A stretch of 64,000 nt of DNA. Source: Neoechinorhynchus agilis. Lineage: Eukaryota > Animalia > Acanthocephala. The notes beneath the pieces are model-generated. The model had not been told where the DNA came from. It made no database searches and was given only the letters and a program-made list of their open reading frames with translations. Positions 21,813 to 34,718 of this stretch are shown piece by piece. How positions within the stretch are numbered: position 1 is the first letter of the stretch; each line of letters opens with the position of its first letter. The translations under genes and the position numbers were made by a program. Location of the stretch: positions 2,780,151-2,844,150 of the forward strand of contig CM121341.1 in assembly GCA_051530055.1 (NCBI GenBank). Reading direction: 5' to 3'.

Positions 21813-22424
21813 TTTGTTTTTTAAAGTTCTTTTAAGTTTACGTTCAATTTGAGGTCAAAAAGCATTATTCTCGGTTTTATAAGTTTAATGAATCAGCTGG
21901 GTGAGCATTTTAATGTTGATTAGGCGAACTTCCGTAAGATACCAATATCATTAATGGATAATCTCAGGCTGATATAAATAATAATTACAGAGAATTGTCG
22001 TCGGGGTAAATTTGATTCGAGTTTGGCGATGTATTTCCCTCGGATTGTTGTTGATCATTTACTTTAAAATATTTCGTAAGCTTTTTGCTTACCTCTTCAG
22101 TTATATCTACAAATTAAGCTAAAGTCAAAATTGAACTCTAGACGTGGATCCGCGAGTTCGCCAAGCGCCGTACCAACTGCGGTGATCTAGCGTTTTGGTT
22201 TTGTCAAGAATTTTCGAAAGTACTAGCGTATGATTCGTTTTGTCGTTAGTTATTAAAAGACGAAGATTGGGTGAAGACTTCTAAACAATAATTCTCTAAA
22301 ATATTGGCATTTTGATATTGGCTGTTAAAGTATTGATCATCCACAATGAACATTAATTGCTAAAGATGATACCATGGTATTTCTAATGGTCAAAGTGAGT
22401 TTTAATCAAAAAGAGATTAGCAGT

Positions 22425-24441
22425 TCATTGAGAAGAATTCATTCCTGGTTCGGGCACAATTGTTCTATCTGGATCACCATAAATATTATCATCGTCAATA
22501 TCGGCTGCTGCTCGATACTGACTGACCAGATCCTCACAAGAATCTATGACCTCTTGAAAGAAATCCTCATGCATTCCTTCATTCACAAAAGACCACAAAT
22601 GCGCTCGGTTTCTCAACAAAGTCCTCATAGCGAACATAAAGCGCATAAAAACATCAACGATTCCTGTTTCATTTGATAACAAAAGAGCGGATTGGGCGAA
22701 TCCAGAAGGTGGTACATTACACCTAACGATCGCACTACTATCAATGCATTGCGCAATATTGGAATCCATTCGATTAATGGATCGCAAAAACTCGTTGGTG
22801 GAAATATTGCCTCTTAAAATGAAAGCACTTGCTAAAGAATCACTTGGATACAAGAAGTTATCTACATAAGTCATCATTGCTCGTCTGTTAAATAGTTCCA
22901 AAGTTACACTTTCGGGTGGACTGTAGTGGTAATGAGTGGTGTCGAGGTTTGGAACACAGCCACTTAATGGACTAAAAGTCGGTATTAGAAAGTTTAAAGG
23001 AGAATGTGAAGACATGGCTTCACATAGGCTTGTAAGGTTTAGATCGGTTGAACCCGTGAATCTGTCCATGCAGGTGAGATTGGACATTGCTAGAGATATT
23101 AGGTAATTAACGCTGTTAGATGGAAAGTATGCGTAAAATCGAGGAAAATTGTTTTAATTTAGAAATTTAAAGATCATAGGTTTCTTAAAAATTATTCGAA
23201 GGGGATGTATTTTTTTATTAATACTCTTTTCGGTGCTTCATTTGTAGATGAAAACGTGAAAGTGTACAAATAAAGTGAATTTGCGATATCGATCCGAGCA
23301 GAAACGAGGTAAAATTATACTCGCTCAAAATGATTGAAAAGAGTTGTATTTTTCCTAAGGATTTTATGGGGTTAAGACTCTGTTCTTTAGTAACTTAAAG
23401 GTCAGAAGTTATATACGGACAATAAATTTTAAAAACTTAAGATGAATCTGCAAAATAAATTTGAGCAACAACGGTTTTTTTTATAAGACGATCAGCACTT
23501 CAAGTGTATCTTTTAAACGAAATTTTTCTTCTTATTGTTTATGAGGACATTTTGTAAAACTAAATAAAGAAAAAAGATTTTTGAATTCTTTAAGTTGATT
23601 TAAAATGTACTAATATCAAATAAATATAAAAAGACAAAGCGCATTTGGGAATTTTTTTAGGTATGATTAACAGAAATATAAAATCCGCTCGAGTATGCAA
23701 ACTTTCCACATAAAATCTGGTCTCAAATCGAGATCCTGCCTTTCGCAAATATTCAACAAAGTACTATTATCAAAAATAATCGAGCTTCCGACTCCGTCAA
23801 ATTCTGTATTAAATATAAGTTCTGATAGAGTGAATACCGTATTGTAGCTGTCGAATGGGAGTTGTCCCATAAGAACGGACGGTAAAGCGGTCAAGGTTGT
23901 AATCGATTTTTCTGGATAACTAGTGCGAAGAAGTTCTAACAGAATGCCAGTTAAACCAGCACCACATCCACCGGCGGCTGAATGGATTACTTGAAAGCCT
24001 TGAATAGAATCGTTTCTTTCAAAATCCGATCTGATAATATCTGGAAAAGATGAATATTATTAGTTGAAGGAGAAAACGGTGTCGATTGTACATACTTAGA
24101 GTTCGTTCTAGCAGAGGAGCAGCTTCACTGAAGTAGAGCCGGGCAAAATTATCACTACCTCCCTCGTTTCCCATTATGCACCTATCAGCGGTATAAAGAG
24201 ATCGACCCTGATCCAGAATGTTCTCAATTGGTGACCGGTCAGAATCTAACAGGATCGCTCGAGGATTGAGTCGATTGTAAGTGTTTGTGTCAAATAAAGT
24301 ATCGACGAATTGTAGCTGCTCGTTGGTACCCCTAAATCGACCATCGAGGCGAATTCCATGTTCAGCGCACATTAAACGCCAATACGCATCTCCAATTCGG
24401 TTACCAGCCTCGCCAACATTAATCGTTATCAGCTTAGACAT
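22425..24441 (-). CDS. Highly divergent tubulin-family protein, 3 exons
   Basis: Exon 1 MSKLITINVGEAGNRIGDAYWRLMCAEHGI...PRAILLD; 55-nt GT-AG intron; exon 2 QGFQVIHSAAGGCGAG...FDNSTLLNIC; exon 3 from 23112 VNYLISLAMSNLTCMDRFTG...SALLLSNETGI...NEGMHEDFFQE. The intron 2 donor near 23710 is uncertain. Confidence 0.9.
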
Positions 24442-27278
24442 TATTCAACCAGACACTTTTACTCTTTCACATGGCTAAACGGTTGCCTAGGAAACATCAA
24501 ATAATTTTTGCTTTCAAATCAATTCTAAAAATTGTGCTATTTTTTTGTGCATATAAAAAATGATTGGGATTAATCGATTTTTAATTTAGGTGATTAGTTG
24601 GAAAAAGGTTAAAATTGAAGGCAAATTGTATCATTTTTCTGAAAATAAAGGAGAAACAAGATTTTAGGTTAATTTTTTGATTTCCTTTTAATAACCTATA
24701 AATTTTTTTTAGAGATTAGTTTTATTAGGACATTGGCAGCGTTCCCACGCTGGACCGCCAGACTCAAGTTTTGTCGCAAGAAAGTGATTGACTGCAGCTC
24801 TTTCGTCACACTCGCGATACGTCGCCCAGTTCAATCACGAATTCCGCTGCGGCCTATCCAAATGCCCCGTAAGTCTCGACTCCGAAGGGCAGGAACAAAA
24901 ACTGAGAGGCTAACTCATGATACTTTGCGGTCTTACGTTCCTCCGCTCTCGTTGCCGCGGCTCCTGTGCCTAATTTAGCGGTCGTTTGCCACGTGACCAG
25001 GGAAAGACGGTTACCCCGTCAGGACGTTTCCCGTCTGAACGGCAGAGATTATTTGGCTCCAGGATGCAGGATTTCAGCATGGCGGGGAAAACGTCCTGCG
25101 AACCACTTACATGAGAGATTGCGTTGTCCCTTGTTGTCCACCGTGACACCACATCGACATTTATTAGCGACGCAAAAAGCAATACGGAAGGTCTCATCAC
25201 CCAGCAAAGTGCCCAAATTTGAGGATGGTATCCAGATTCTTTGGTCGAAAATATTTTGCTACTAAACCAATAAAATGCTCAAATATGTTGAAAAAGGGAA
25301 ATCACAACACATTTAAAATACCATCAATCGATTAAAAAAAAGAAAGTTTATTCCATAAATCGATTAAAAACAAAATGGACCTAGCGATTTGCTGCAATTA
25401 TTTATTACACCGTATTTTTAATTAAATAAAGTCTCATGCAAACATTGCGTTTTAATTTTAAAAAATTAGTTCGTACATACACTTTTGTCGGCTTATAAAC
25501 TAAGATTTTCTCATATAAATATGTAATCTCGCACGTAAAAGCATTTTGGACTCATACGACAGAACGTGGATGTTAAGTAATTTAGTTGTTGTATTCTTAA
25601 TTTCTACGTTAAAATGAACGTTTCTGATAAAATCGATAAAGATAAGCTACCAAAAGATGGAAGCGAAAAGCAATCATCAACGGAGAACAACGAAAAAACA
25701 ATGATTTTCAAGGGATCAAATTTGAATGAAATTCCTGGCTACATCGGACTTGAACGTGTTTGTGTCAAGCGAAAAGTTAAAAAATAACACGATTTGACCG
25801 TTGTTTTAACAGAATTCTATTTGTGATCGAGAAATGGGTGGAAGGCTACGACGAGTCTTTTTTAATCCAAATATTCGGCTAAATTGTTGAGTGTGGATTT
25901 TTTTAGCAGCTTTCCTCGACGCTTTGTGAACAAAGATCTTTTGACCTCACCAAATAAGCATTTCAAATGTAAACTTTTCCAACCCCGCCGTCTTTATAAA
26001 TTAATATTTTCAAAGAATTTATAAGATTTCCGTGTTAGATTTTCTGTCCTAAATACCCTTTCAAACAGTCTTAAATTCGAAATGTTAACCTTTTAATGCG
26101 TGGATCTCTAAATATCATAATGAATTTCAAACTCCCAGAAGGTACTCTTGTTTTAAATCGCGGAATATCCGGGATAAAAGACATAAGACAAAACAGAGAT
26201 ATTTTTAAGCCAAATTAAAAATGCTCAAGGCATATTTTTTTCATTAGTCGAAACATCGAAATATCTTTAAGATCGCAATTCCATAAATTTGCAACGTTTT
26301 AAAAATTCACTCAGACTTATTGTGTTTAGACAACAGATCTGCATAATCTTTTAAAATAGTGCTTCAGTAACTCTCACTGCTTCCATTATGTCTCTGTTCT
26401 TGGCCATAAAATATTATTAATTAGAAAGCCCCATTTATTTCAACCGTGAACTCCGATTTCTAAAAAGATTTGTTTGAAGATTGAATTGTTCATATTTTGG
26501 TTGTTTTCCGTTTGAAGAAAAATGAAAATGATTTTATTTTAAAACCCGATTGATTTCGGAAGCACAATCTTGTACGCCTTTATATCAAGGTTGCTTTTAA
26601 GTTTAGCTTACACATTAAGCAAAATCACTAGGTTAAAAATCATTTTATTGTACTGAAATATTTTGAAAGAGGAAACCTCGACTTATCACTCATCACTAAC
26701 AAAAAAATTCAGACAACCAATAAGGAAGATTTCACTAACAAAAAAATTCAGACAACCAATAAGGAAGATTTCACTAACAAAAAAATTCAGACAACCAATA
26801 AGGAAGATTTCACTAACACAAAAAATTCAGACAAACCAATAAAACAGGATTTATCACTAACAAAAAAGGATTTCTCAGCAACCGCCAAAAAAGATCCAGT
26901 CTCAATCCCAACTCCCGGGATCGTCCTGCCGCTCGCTCACGCTTGTTATCCCAACCGCGTTCGATGCGGAGGTTTTGATCTGCTTCCTTCCGGACCTGGA
27001 CCGTTTCACCTCTCTTTACTCCACCTGGACTCGGAGCGTCCGCCCTTTGCCCATGTGGACACCGGACCAATTGTGGGCACGCGATCAACACTGCAGCAGG
27101 AGATTGAACCGAGGTTGGACTTAATTCTGAACCTTAGCGCCGCGCATGCAGTTACAGACGGTTGCTAACCATCCCGCTGAGATGTAAGGAAAAAGAGATT
27201 ATGTGTAGCACAAAGAATGCGATCTTATACAAAAAATGTGTTGTTAGCTGCTTTTCGTTTTGCTTGCAGGCTGAAAGC
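23851..27278 (+). repeat. Source or partner copy of the 3.4-kb direct duplication (tubulin 5' half and upstream region, CRE fragment, 39-bp minisatellite at 26694-26863)
   Basis: Sequence identity with 11518-14901. Confidence 0.97.
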
Positions 27279-28782
27279 TTTGCTTTTAGGACTCGAACCA
27301 GGGAACCTTACGAATATTTTTCAAATTAATGAATTTGGCTAAAAATTAAACAATGATTTTAAACACCTCTAACGAATAGTACTTTTATTTTTGTTTTAAA
27401 ATAAAACGCTTACCATATATCGTTTTACGTTTACAGAGCGCGTGTATCGGAAATTCACGCTCATCTAAAGAAATTTTGTACTTTTCAAAAACATGACTTC
27501 AATTACTGATCGAACTGTGGTGGATCATTATCGCTGTATCTGTCCGGTAAAACCGATATTTTAAATTTTTGAAGTATTTTTTAAATTGGGCTAAATGAAG
27601 AAAATCACTGAATAAAACAAAATTGTTCATTTCGGTGTTTAAAAAAGAATTTATTTTAACTTTGTTGCTGTGATCGATAACAAAAACAATGGTATTTAAT
27701 TTTCAGTGAGCCGTTTAAAATTTCAATTCGCATTGCAAATCTCTTCAAAGTGCAGTTTGCATGAGCCGCGAAGTTTTAAATCGATTAATTAAACAATGAT
27801 CAGCTAAATTTAATTTGATAAAAGTGGAAAGCGAATGTTAGTGGCAATCTCTTTGAATGGCGGGGACAATTATATTTTTAATGTGTTTTTTTCGGAAAGG
27901 AATTTTTTTACGAACCTTCAAAATTCGTACAAATTTACAGTGCAATTTAGTAAAATAATCAAAAAAACCCGATTGTTTAGCAAAAATCTTTTTTTACGAA
28001 TAAGATTCTCTGATTTAAGCGCTTCGAATTTTTTTTAAAGAGTCTACTTCAACAAAAATTATAACTCTAATCTATTAATATTTATGTGAAATTGTGACCA
28101 TTAAAGCTCAGATGCACAATTTTTCATTTTAAGGTTTAAATTAAAACAAAAATCCAATAATTCTCGCTGTGATCTTTAATAAAGACAATTGCGTGTGTTT
28201 CGCCTGTCTATATTGCGACATACGCATCCATTTTAACAATTGAATCAGTATCATCGGGGGAAATGCCTTGTCCTATCTCAAGAACCTGACACTTTGGCAT
28301 CCATCCTCGTACATACAGAACGCAAGGAATCGAATCCTCGAGCATACAATCTCATTCGCTGCAATTTCCGGAAAAGCACAAAACCCATTTAGGCTTTTTC
28401 ATCTTGTATCGACCGGGCAATAACGAAGCAAGCTCCTTTAGTTGATAACCACCACTATTGCGCATGCGAAACTAGTCCATTAGCAGCACTACGAAGAGAA
28501 AAAAAGAGAAGGAGATGGAAATATGGACTGAATTTTAAATGCGCGTGTGACTCCATCGCGGGTGCTTGAGTTTGCATAATCAGACTGTGTTTAATTCGAA
28601 AAGGTATTTAATGCAGAGTTGTGGGGAAACCGAAACACACAAACACAACCGCTCTCGACTGCTGCTTTCGAGTGATCTCCTTTATTCTGGAAGCGAGCAA
28701 AAATTTTGAATGTGAGTATACAATGAGAGCGCAGGTTAAACAATGAACCTATGGAAAGGTTCATACAGAATTTAACCGGCGC

Positions 28783-29130
28783 TTTTTCATGAAATGATTT
28801 AAATCTTTTCTTGCTCTGAAATTGAATAAACTTTATTTCCCTAGAATTCTTTACACAAATGATACTTTCTTAAAGTACAAAACAATTTTGGATTATTGTG
28901 GCCTTTGAGAAACTAGAATCACGGTTTTATTGATTTAAAAATTAAAGTTTCAAAGATCTAGCAACCGATTTTTTTCATGAAATGATTTAAATCTTTTCTT
29001 GCTCTGAAATCAAAATTAATACTCTTGAAGTACAAGGAAAACAGTTTTGGATTATTGTGGCCTTTAGAAATTCAAATCACGGTTTTATTGATTTAAAAAT
29101 AAAAGTTTCAAAGCTCTAGAAAAAATTTCT
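28783..29130. repeat. About 188-bp direct tandem duplication upstream of the IF gene
   Basis: tttttcatgaaatgatttaaatcttttcttgctctgaaat at 28783 and 28971, with a shared downstream ttttggattattgtggcctt...atcacggttttattgatttaaaaat block. Confidence 0.85.
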
Positions 29131-30292
29131 GAAGTCAAAATTAAGGATGTGAGCTTCGAGAAAAACCCACATTTCTAAAGTTTTAAACTCATATTCTTTT
29201 GGTTTTGTTGACAATTTCTGAAAATTGCTTTTACTGGAAGATAACTCAATGTTATTATTTTGGTGATAATAATCCCGGTAATAGTACATTTGATTTTGAT
29301 TTATTGGAAATATTTCGTGAGGAGATCTCGCCTCATCAGTTGTGCTACTACCGGGATTATTATCACCAAAATAATACTTTGATTAATCCGAAGGATTTTT
29401 AATCAATCTATTTATCAAAATCTTGAAGGAAAACTTCATCCGGCAAAAAATGCGTAGCTGTCCTCGTTCCTAGAATCTTTTTAAAAAATTGATACTTTCT
29501 GAAGTAAAAGTGAAATGGTTTTTGAGGATCATTGCCGAAAAAAAAGGCTAGAACAATTCATTCCAAAATGCGAATTTTAACGTCATCGATTGCAAATTCC
29601 CAAAAATGTTCTAAAGTTCTACATAGCTAATTTTAGCTTTTCTTTTAAATTGAACCTTTTCACTGAACGCCGCTTTTTTTAAATAAAAACCTCATAATCG
29701 CCTCATTACGTCATCAATGACCGCGCCATCTTTTTGCGTGTCGTACGTGCCCTTGGCACTGCATTCTCTTTATAAGTGGACTTGTGCGCGCGCCGCCTCC
29801 CATCTCGTTTTTGTGCTCCATCGATGAATTCAAGCGTTTTCACTTTATTAAAACTTTTATAGTGGCTCCATCACGATTAAGCTAGTCGCTGTCTTAGATT
29901 AAATCTTCCATAAACAATAACTCTTTCCCATGAGACGTGAGATTTCTATTCGGCAATGGTTTCATATCGACGTTTCCTTTATTTTTGCATTAGTCGAAAT
30001 TGTGTCCTTTCGACTTTCTCTCTTATAAATCGTCTTAAAAATCGCATTTGTTAAGCAAATTCTGCGTGAAGATTGTCGGTTGCCTTTAGGCTTTAATCGA
30101 TTTTTGTCTTTTAGTCGTTTTTCGGACAAGTTTTATCGATTTCCGCCTCCTTCCATTCAACAAAAAGCGGAGTGCATTCTATCGATCCATGCAACTCACA
30201 GAACTTCTTTATAATCAAAATTTTTAGACAGAGAACTTAGTCGCACACTCACGTACAACAAAGCACTTTCGTTTGTCTCTAATAAAGAAGTA

Positions 30293-32704
30293 ATGCCGCC
30301 AGAATCTACCATCTCCACCACTGCTGCTGCTGCTGGCACTGAGGATAAACCACGGTATCGTAGTGCAATTGGACCTCGTTCATCGAGTACAAGTACACGT
30401 CTTCGAGGAATCATCAATCCAACTTCATCCACAATATCTACATTCTCAACTTCATTCGTTATGCCTCCTCCGTCGGCCACGTCCACTGCGTCGCTCGTTC
30501 GAAGTACTCGTGAACGTGAACGCCGAGAACTCGTTGAACTCAATGATCGGTTCGCGAACTATGTCGAACGTGTTCGATTTCTTGAGGCTCAAAATAAAAA
30601 ACTTAAAATGGAAGCTGAAGGTCTTCGTAAACAATTAGACTCTAATGGCGCTGGTAGTGGTCTTAGTCGTCTGCGGGAAATGTACGAGACTGAATTAAAA
30701 GAAGCCCGAGCCTTAGTGGATGAAACAGCTCGTCAAAAAAACGATGTAGAACTTCGACTACGAAAAATTGAAGATGAAGGTGCTGATTTACGTGATCAAC
30801 TTGAAAGTCTTCGGTTGGTAAGGTCAGGTGAACGAAAGAGTATCGATAGTCTTAGTCGCCAAGTGGCTGATAATGAAGCTGAACTTGGTCTTTTACATCG
30901 TCGAATTAAAGATACAGATGATGAATATCGCCGTCAAAAAGCTGAGAATCAAAAGTTAACTGCACAAATTCAGTCTGTGATGAATGAACTATATCAGGAA
31001 ACCGCTCTTAAATTAGAACTCCAGAATGAAAAACAGAGCTTGGAAGAGGAACTTAGTTTTCTAAAACAAATCCACGCTCAAGAGATTGAAGAGATCAATA
31101 GTATCAATCAGAGCGCTGATCAAGGTTTAGATCCCTCGTTATTTTTTAAGCATGAACTTGCGAATGCTATCCGAGACATTCGCGACGAATATGAGACTCT
31201 TAATCAACAGCAAAAGCAAGAGCTTGAAGGCTGGTATCGACTAAAAGTCACGGAAGCCGTTCAAGAGATGCAAGCTCGTCGTCCGACTGAATCACCGATT
31301 TCTCGTTTAAGAGATGAAGAGGAATTAAGGCAATTGAGGGAACAAGTTACAAATTCACGTAAGGATGCTGGACAACTTCGCACAAAGAACAAAGATCTTT
31401 TGGCACGTGTGAGTGATCTTGAAAGCGTAGTCAATCAGGAAAGACGCCAAGGTCAAAGAGACCGGGATGAACGTGACCGTGAGATCATGGATCTTCGCGC
31501 AAAGTTTGAGCAGGTCTTGGCTGAATACGACGATCTTGTGTCGTCCAAAACCACACTTGATACTGAAATCGCCGTTTATCGAAAACTTTTGGAGAGCGAG
31601 GAACATCGAAATCGGTCGCCGTTTGAGATTGATCGTCAACCATCGTCTCCACCACCACCACCACCGCCGCCTCAACCCACAGAAATGTATCCCAGCCAGG
31701 AAAGCATTGACGGCGCATTTGAAAGCGTCGTTGAAGCTTCCGTTGAACGCAGCGAAGATCATCAGAAACCACCAAAGGAACCTGTGACTTCGGTAGCATC
31801 AAGCAGTAGTGGTGAGTCGAATTTGTAGTTTTTAAACGTTAATGGCTTGCATGTTTTCGTTGTCTTCTCTTCGTTGTTAAATCGTGCTTCGTTTTGTTTA
31901 ATTTAAAAGCACACTAAAGTTTATTGTTTTTCTTAAAAATGATTTAGAAGAGCGAATTCAAGATGAAGATGAAGACAAACGACAGAGAAAAGTTCATTTT
32001 GATTCTAATGTTCAGCTGCATGGATCGGAGGAATCAATTGGTTCATTTGTAACAAATGAACAGAGTGTAAAAGAGGAGGAATCTAAATCAGAGAGCACTT
32101 CTGATCAGAAAGAGGACGTATCCGAATTGGTCAATATTGTAAAGGATTTCGGTCTTTTTTCACAAGAAAAAGATACTACGCAGCAAATAGTTAATCAGCA
32201 GATTTTGTATAACGTAACCGTGGCTCAAAAGAAGGTATCATTGGTGGTGAGGCAAGCGCGTAACTTGAATCTTCCTCGTGCTGGTGCATTGTGGGGCCTT
32301 TATGTTCGTTGTATAGTTCCAAGGAATAATAGAAAACCTATAAGACAAAAGTCTCATAGTGTTGATGCAAGTGAAGATCCAATTTGGAATACCTTGTTTG
32401 AATTTACCTACGATCCGGTGGTGAATAGCACAGTGGTTTTCGACGGTCATTGCGTTTGATTTCTAAAAAAATGACCATCGATGATTTAGATGTTCAATTG
32501 GCGGTGAAAGCTACTGCAAGTGGACGCATCGGTCGTGTTTTCCTGCTCGGTTCAGTTCGTCTCAACAAAGACGATTTATTCGCTGAACCACTTGGTCAAG
32601 ATAGATGGATTGACCTTCATAAGGCCTCTACCGCAGCATCTACGAGTGCGAGTTCGTCATCGTCGTCAAACGAAAGCTCAGAGGACAGTGGAGTAAAGAA
32701 GTAA
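30293..32704 (+). CDS. Intermediate filament protein (long coil 1b, lamin/protostome type), predicted to be spliced to a C-terminal C2 domain
   Basis: ELNDRFANYVERVRFLEAQN and LDTEIAVYRKLLESEE rod motifs. A GTGAGT donor at 31812 and TTTAG acceptor at 31947 are both phase 1 and in frame with VSLVVRQARNL...LYVRC...DPIWNTLFEF. A 44-nt GT-AG intron at 32446-32489 leads to VQLAVK...LLGSVRL...RWIDL. Confidence 0.85.
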
Positions 32705-32906
32705 AGTTTAAAGTCTACCACACACCAAGTATTGAATTTTTTATGTATCCGAAACGCGCACACCAAATTGATGAGGCATATTGCTGCATGAGTATTTTTT
32801 GATCTTGTCTTTTGTGACACAATTAGATTATTTGTAGAGCAGTCTTTGATCTACTGCACGATCTTTTCTCTCTCTTAAATTACAAACCTAATAAATCCGG
32901 TACTTT

Positions 32907-34718
32907 TTGAAAACATGCAAATCATTGGAAAATCGCTTTTTTGTCGATATGCAATATCGATTCACACGTATAAATTTAGGCATTTCAAGTTATCTGCCAG
33001 AAGATAATCGATTGCGTCGGCATACGTCAAGTCTTGTTAAATCACAACATTACCCAGGTGAGTGTTCTTTAGTTCCAATATCCAGGAAAGGGGTGTCCGC
33101 TTTGTCTACTTGCTCAAAAGATACTATGGAGCAATTATTAGGAACAAAAGAAACGTTTAAAGTCTCAGTCAATTTTGATGGAACTGATGTTAGTCTCCAG
33201 CAATTGAAGTCTGTTCTTATCATTAAACAAAACCCAGACATTGGATATGGTCAAAAAGACGTCCTTACGGAGCTTAACATAGAAGAAGATCAGTCGGAAC
33301 GTGACCTTTGCTTACCTAAAAAGTTAGTAGCCCATCTCTCAGAGATTATTTGCGTTACTGAGCAAATAATGGATAAAACAAGCATTGAACAACTAGAAGT
33401 TTCTTCGAGCGAGGATCAAACCACACACGATGACATAGAGCATTTAGAAATAACTGAAACTGAAAAAGACTGTGATCAACTGGAAACTGTGAACGATATA
33501 ATTGATTTCATCGAGGATATTCTTAACTCTATTGAAGGTGGTAATCAAATGAATGCATTGTCTAAGCAAACTGAAAACGATAAGGAACAAATGAACGATT
33601 CTGGATCTAAAGTACCAAATTTTTTTTCTAATGATTCCGTGGAGGGATACGAGGTAGACGATAACGGAGATTCGATCGAAGGCAATGATGACACCGACAG
33701 ATCAAATGTTTCTTTGAACTCAATTATGGATGAAACTAAAAATGTATTGCCAGAAAATGAATGCAATTTTACTTCGGATGAATGTACTTCTGATAGCGCT
33801 TACAAAAGTGGTAAAATTAACAAGGACGATAAAAGTGAGCAAGAATATGAGAAAGACGGAATTGCGTCCCAAGAAGATCTTTCCGCTTATAAAACGAGGA
33901 CAAATCAGATCGAATATTCTACTTCTTGCGAGTTTAGTTTGGATAGAAAGATAGTTCAGGACTCAGATGTTTCCTGTAAATTAGACAAACCGTTGCCTCA
34001 ACACTTCATTGAGAACACGTTAAGTACTACGGACGTAGATGACGAATTCAAAGATATCATAAGTTCAACTGAATGCGAATCTTTTGATTTAAGTCATGGA
34101 ACCAGCAATGCATCAAGTTTGGATATAGAACATTATTTGAGTACAGAAAACGAAGTTATTTCGGATGGAAAAGAATGGACGCGTTCACCAGTGATCATAT
34201 CTGATTTAGGCGAGAATGAAATGAGTTCAAACGAAACACAATGTTCATTAAGTGACACGGAGCCATCTACAGATCAAAAATTCGAAATACAACCGAAAGA
34301 TACACATCCATTGGAAAGAAATAATTCATTTATATCGGACAATGTCTATTATAATATTTATAAGAAAGACTTGAACGTAGATACGAAATATTCGGGTTGC
34401 GAAAATGCATCCGTTGGGCAAGATCCGCCTCGTATTCTTCAAGCGGAAGCGTTGAGTCTGGCTTCCATGGATGTGAACTTGGATGATGAGTCATACAGTT
34501 CGTTGTCTGATTGGTCTGTATGTTCGAAGGAATGTAACGAGGGAGTCATAGCTAAACATGAAGATTCTGCTTGCGGATTTGATGCGGCGATCATTGCAAT
34601 GGACAATCCCGTTCGTATGGTGGAAAGCCAAAAGAAATTGTTAATGATCAGCGAAGAGCCCGTATCCGCGTTTGAAGAGCGTACAGTAACCGAAGGTCAC
34701 CTAGACGATAATGGTTAG
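32907..34718 (+). CDS. Long acidic Ser/Asp/Glu-rich ORF (single large exon), function unknown
   Basis: 603-codon open frame in AT-rich DNA with disordered composition; true start and downstream exons (about 35240-35420) unresolved. Confidence 0.6.
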   Translation: MKTCKSLENRFFVDMQYRFTRINLGISSYLPEDNRLRRHTSSLVKSQHYPGECSLVPISRKGVSALSTCSKDTMEQLLGTKETFKVSVNFDGTDVSLQQLKSVLIIKQNPDIGYGQKDVLTELNIEEDQSERDLCLPKKLVAHLSEIICVTEQIMDKTSIEQLEVSSSEDQTTHDDIEHLEITETEKDCDQLETVNDIIDFIEDILNSIEGGNQMNALSKQTENDKEQMNDSGSKVPNFFSNDSVEGYEVDDNGDSIEGNDDTDRSNVSLNSIMDETKNVLPENECNFTSDECTSDSAYKSGKINKDDKSEQEYEKDGIASQEDLSAYKTRTNQIEYSTSCEFSLDRKIVQDSDVSCKLDKPLPQHFIENTLSTTDVDDEFKDIISSTECESFDLSHGTSNASSLDIEHYLSTENEVISDGKEWTRSPVIISDLGENEMSSNETQCSLSDTEPSTDQKFEIQPKDTHPLERNNSFISDNVYYNIYKKDLNVDTKYSGCENASVGQDPPRILQAEALSLASMDVNLDDESYSSLSDWSVCSKECNEGVIAKHEDSACGFDAAIIAMDNPVRMVESQKKLLMISEEPVSAFEERTVTEGHLDDNG

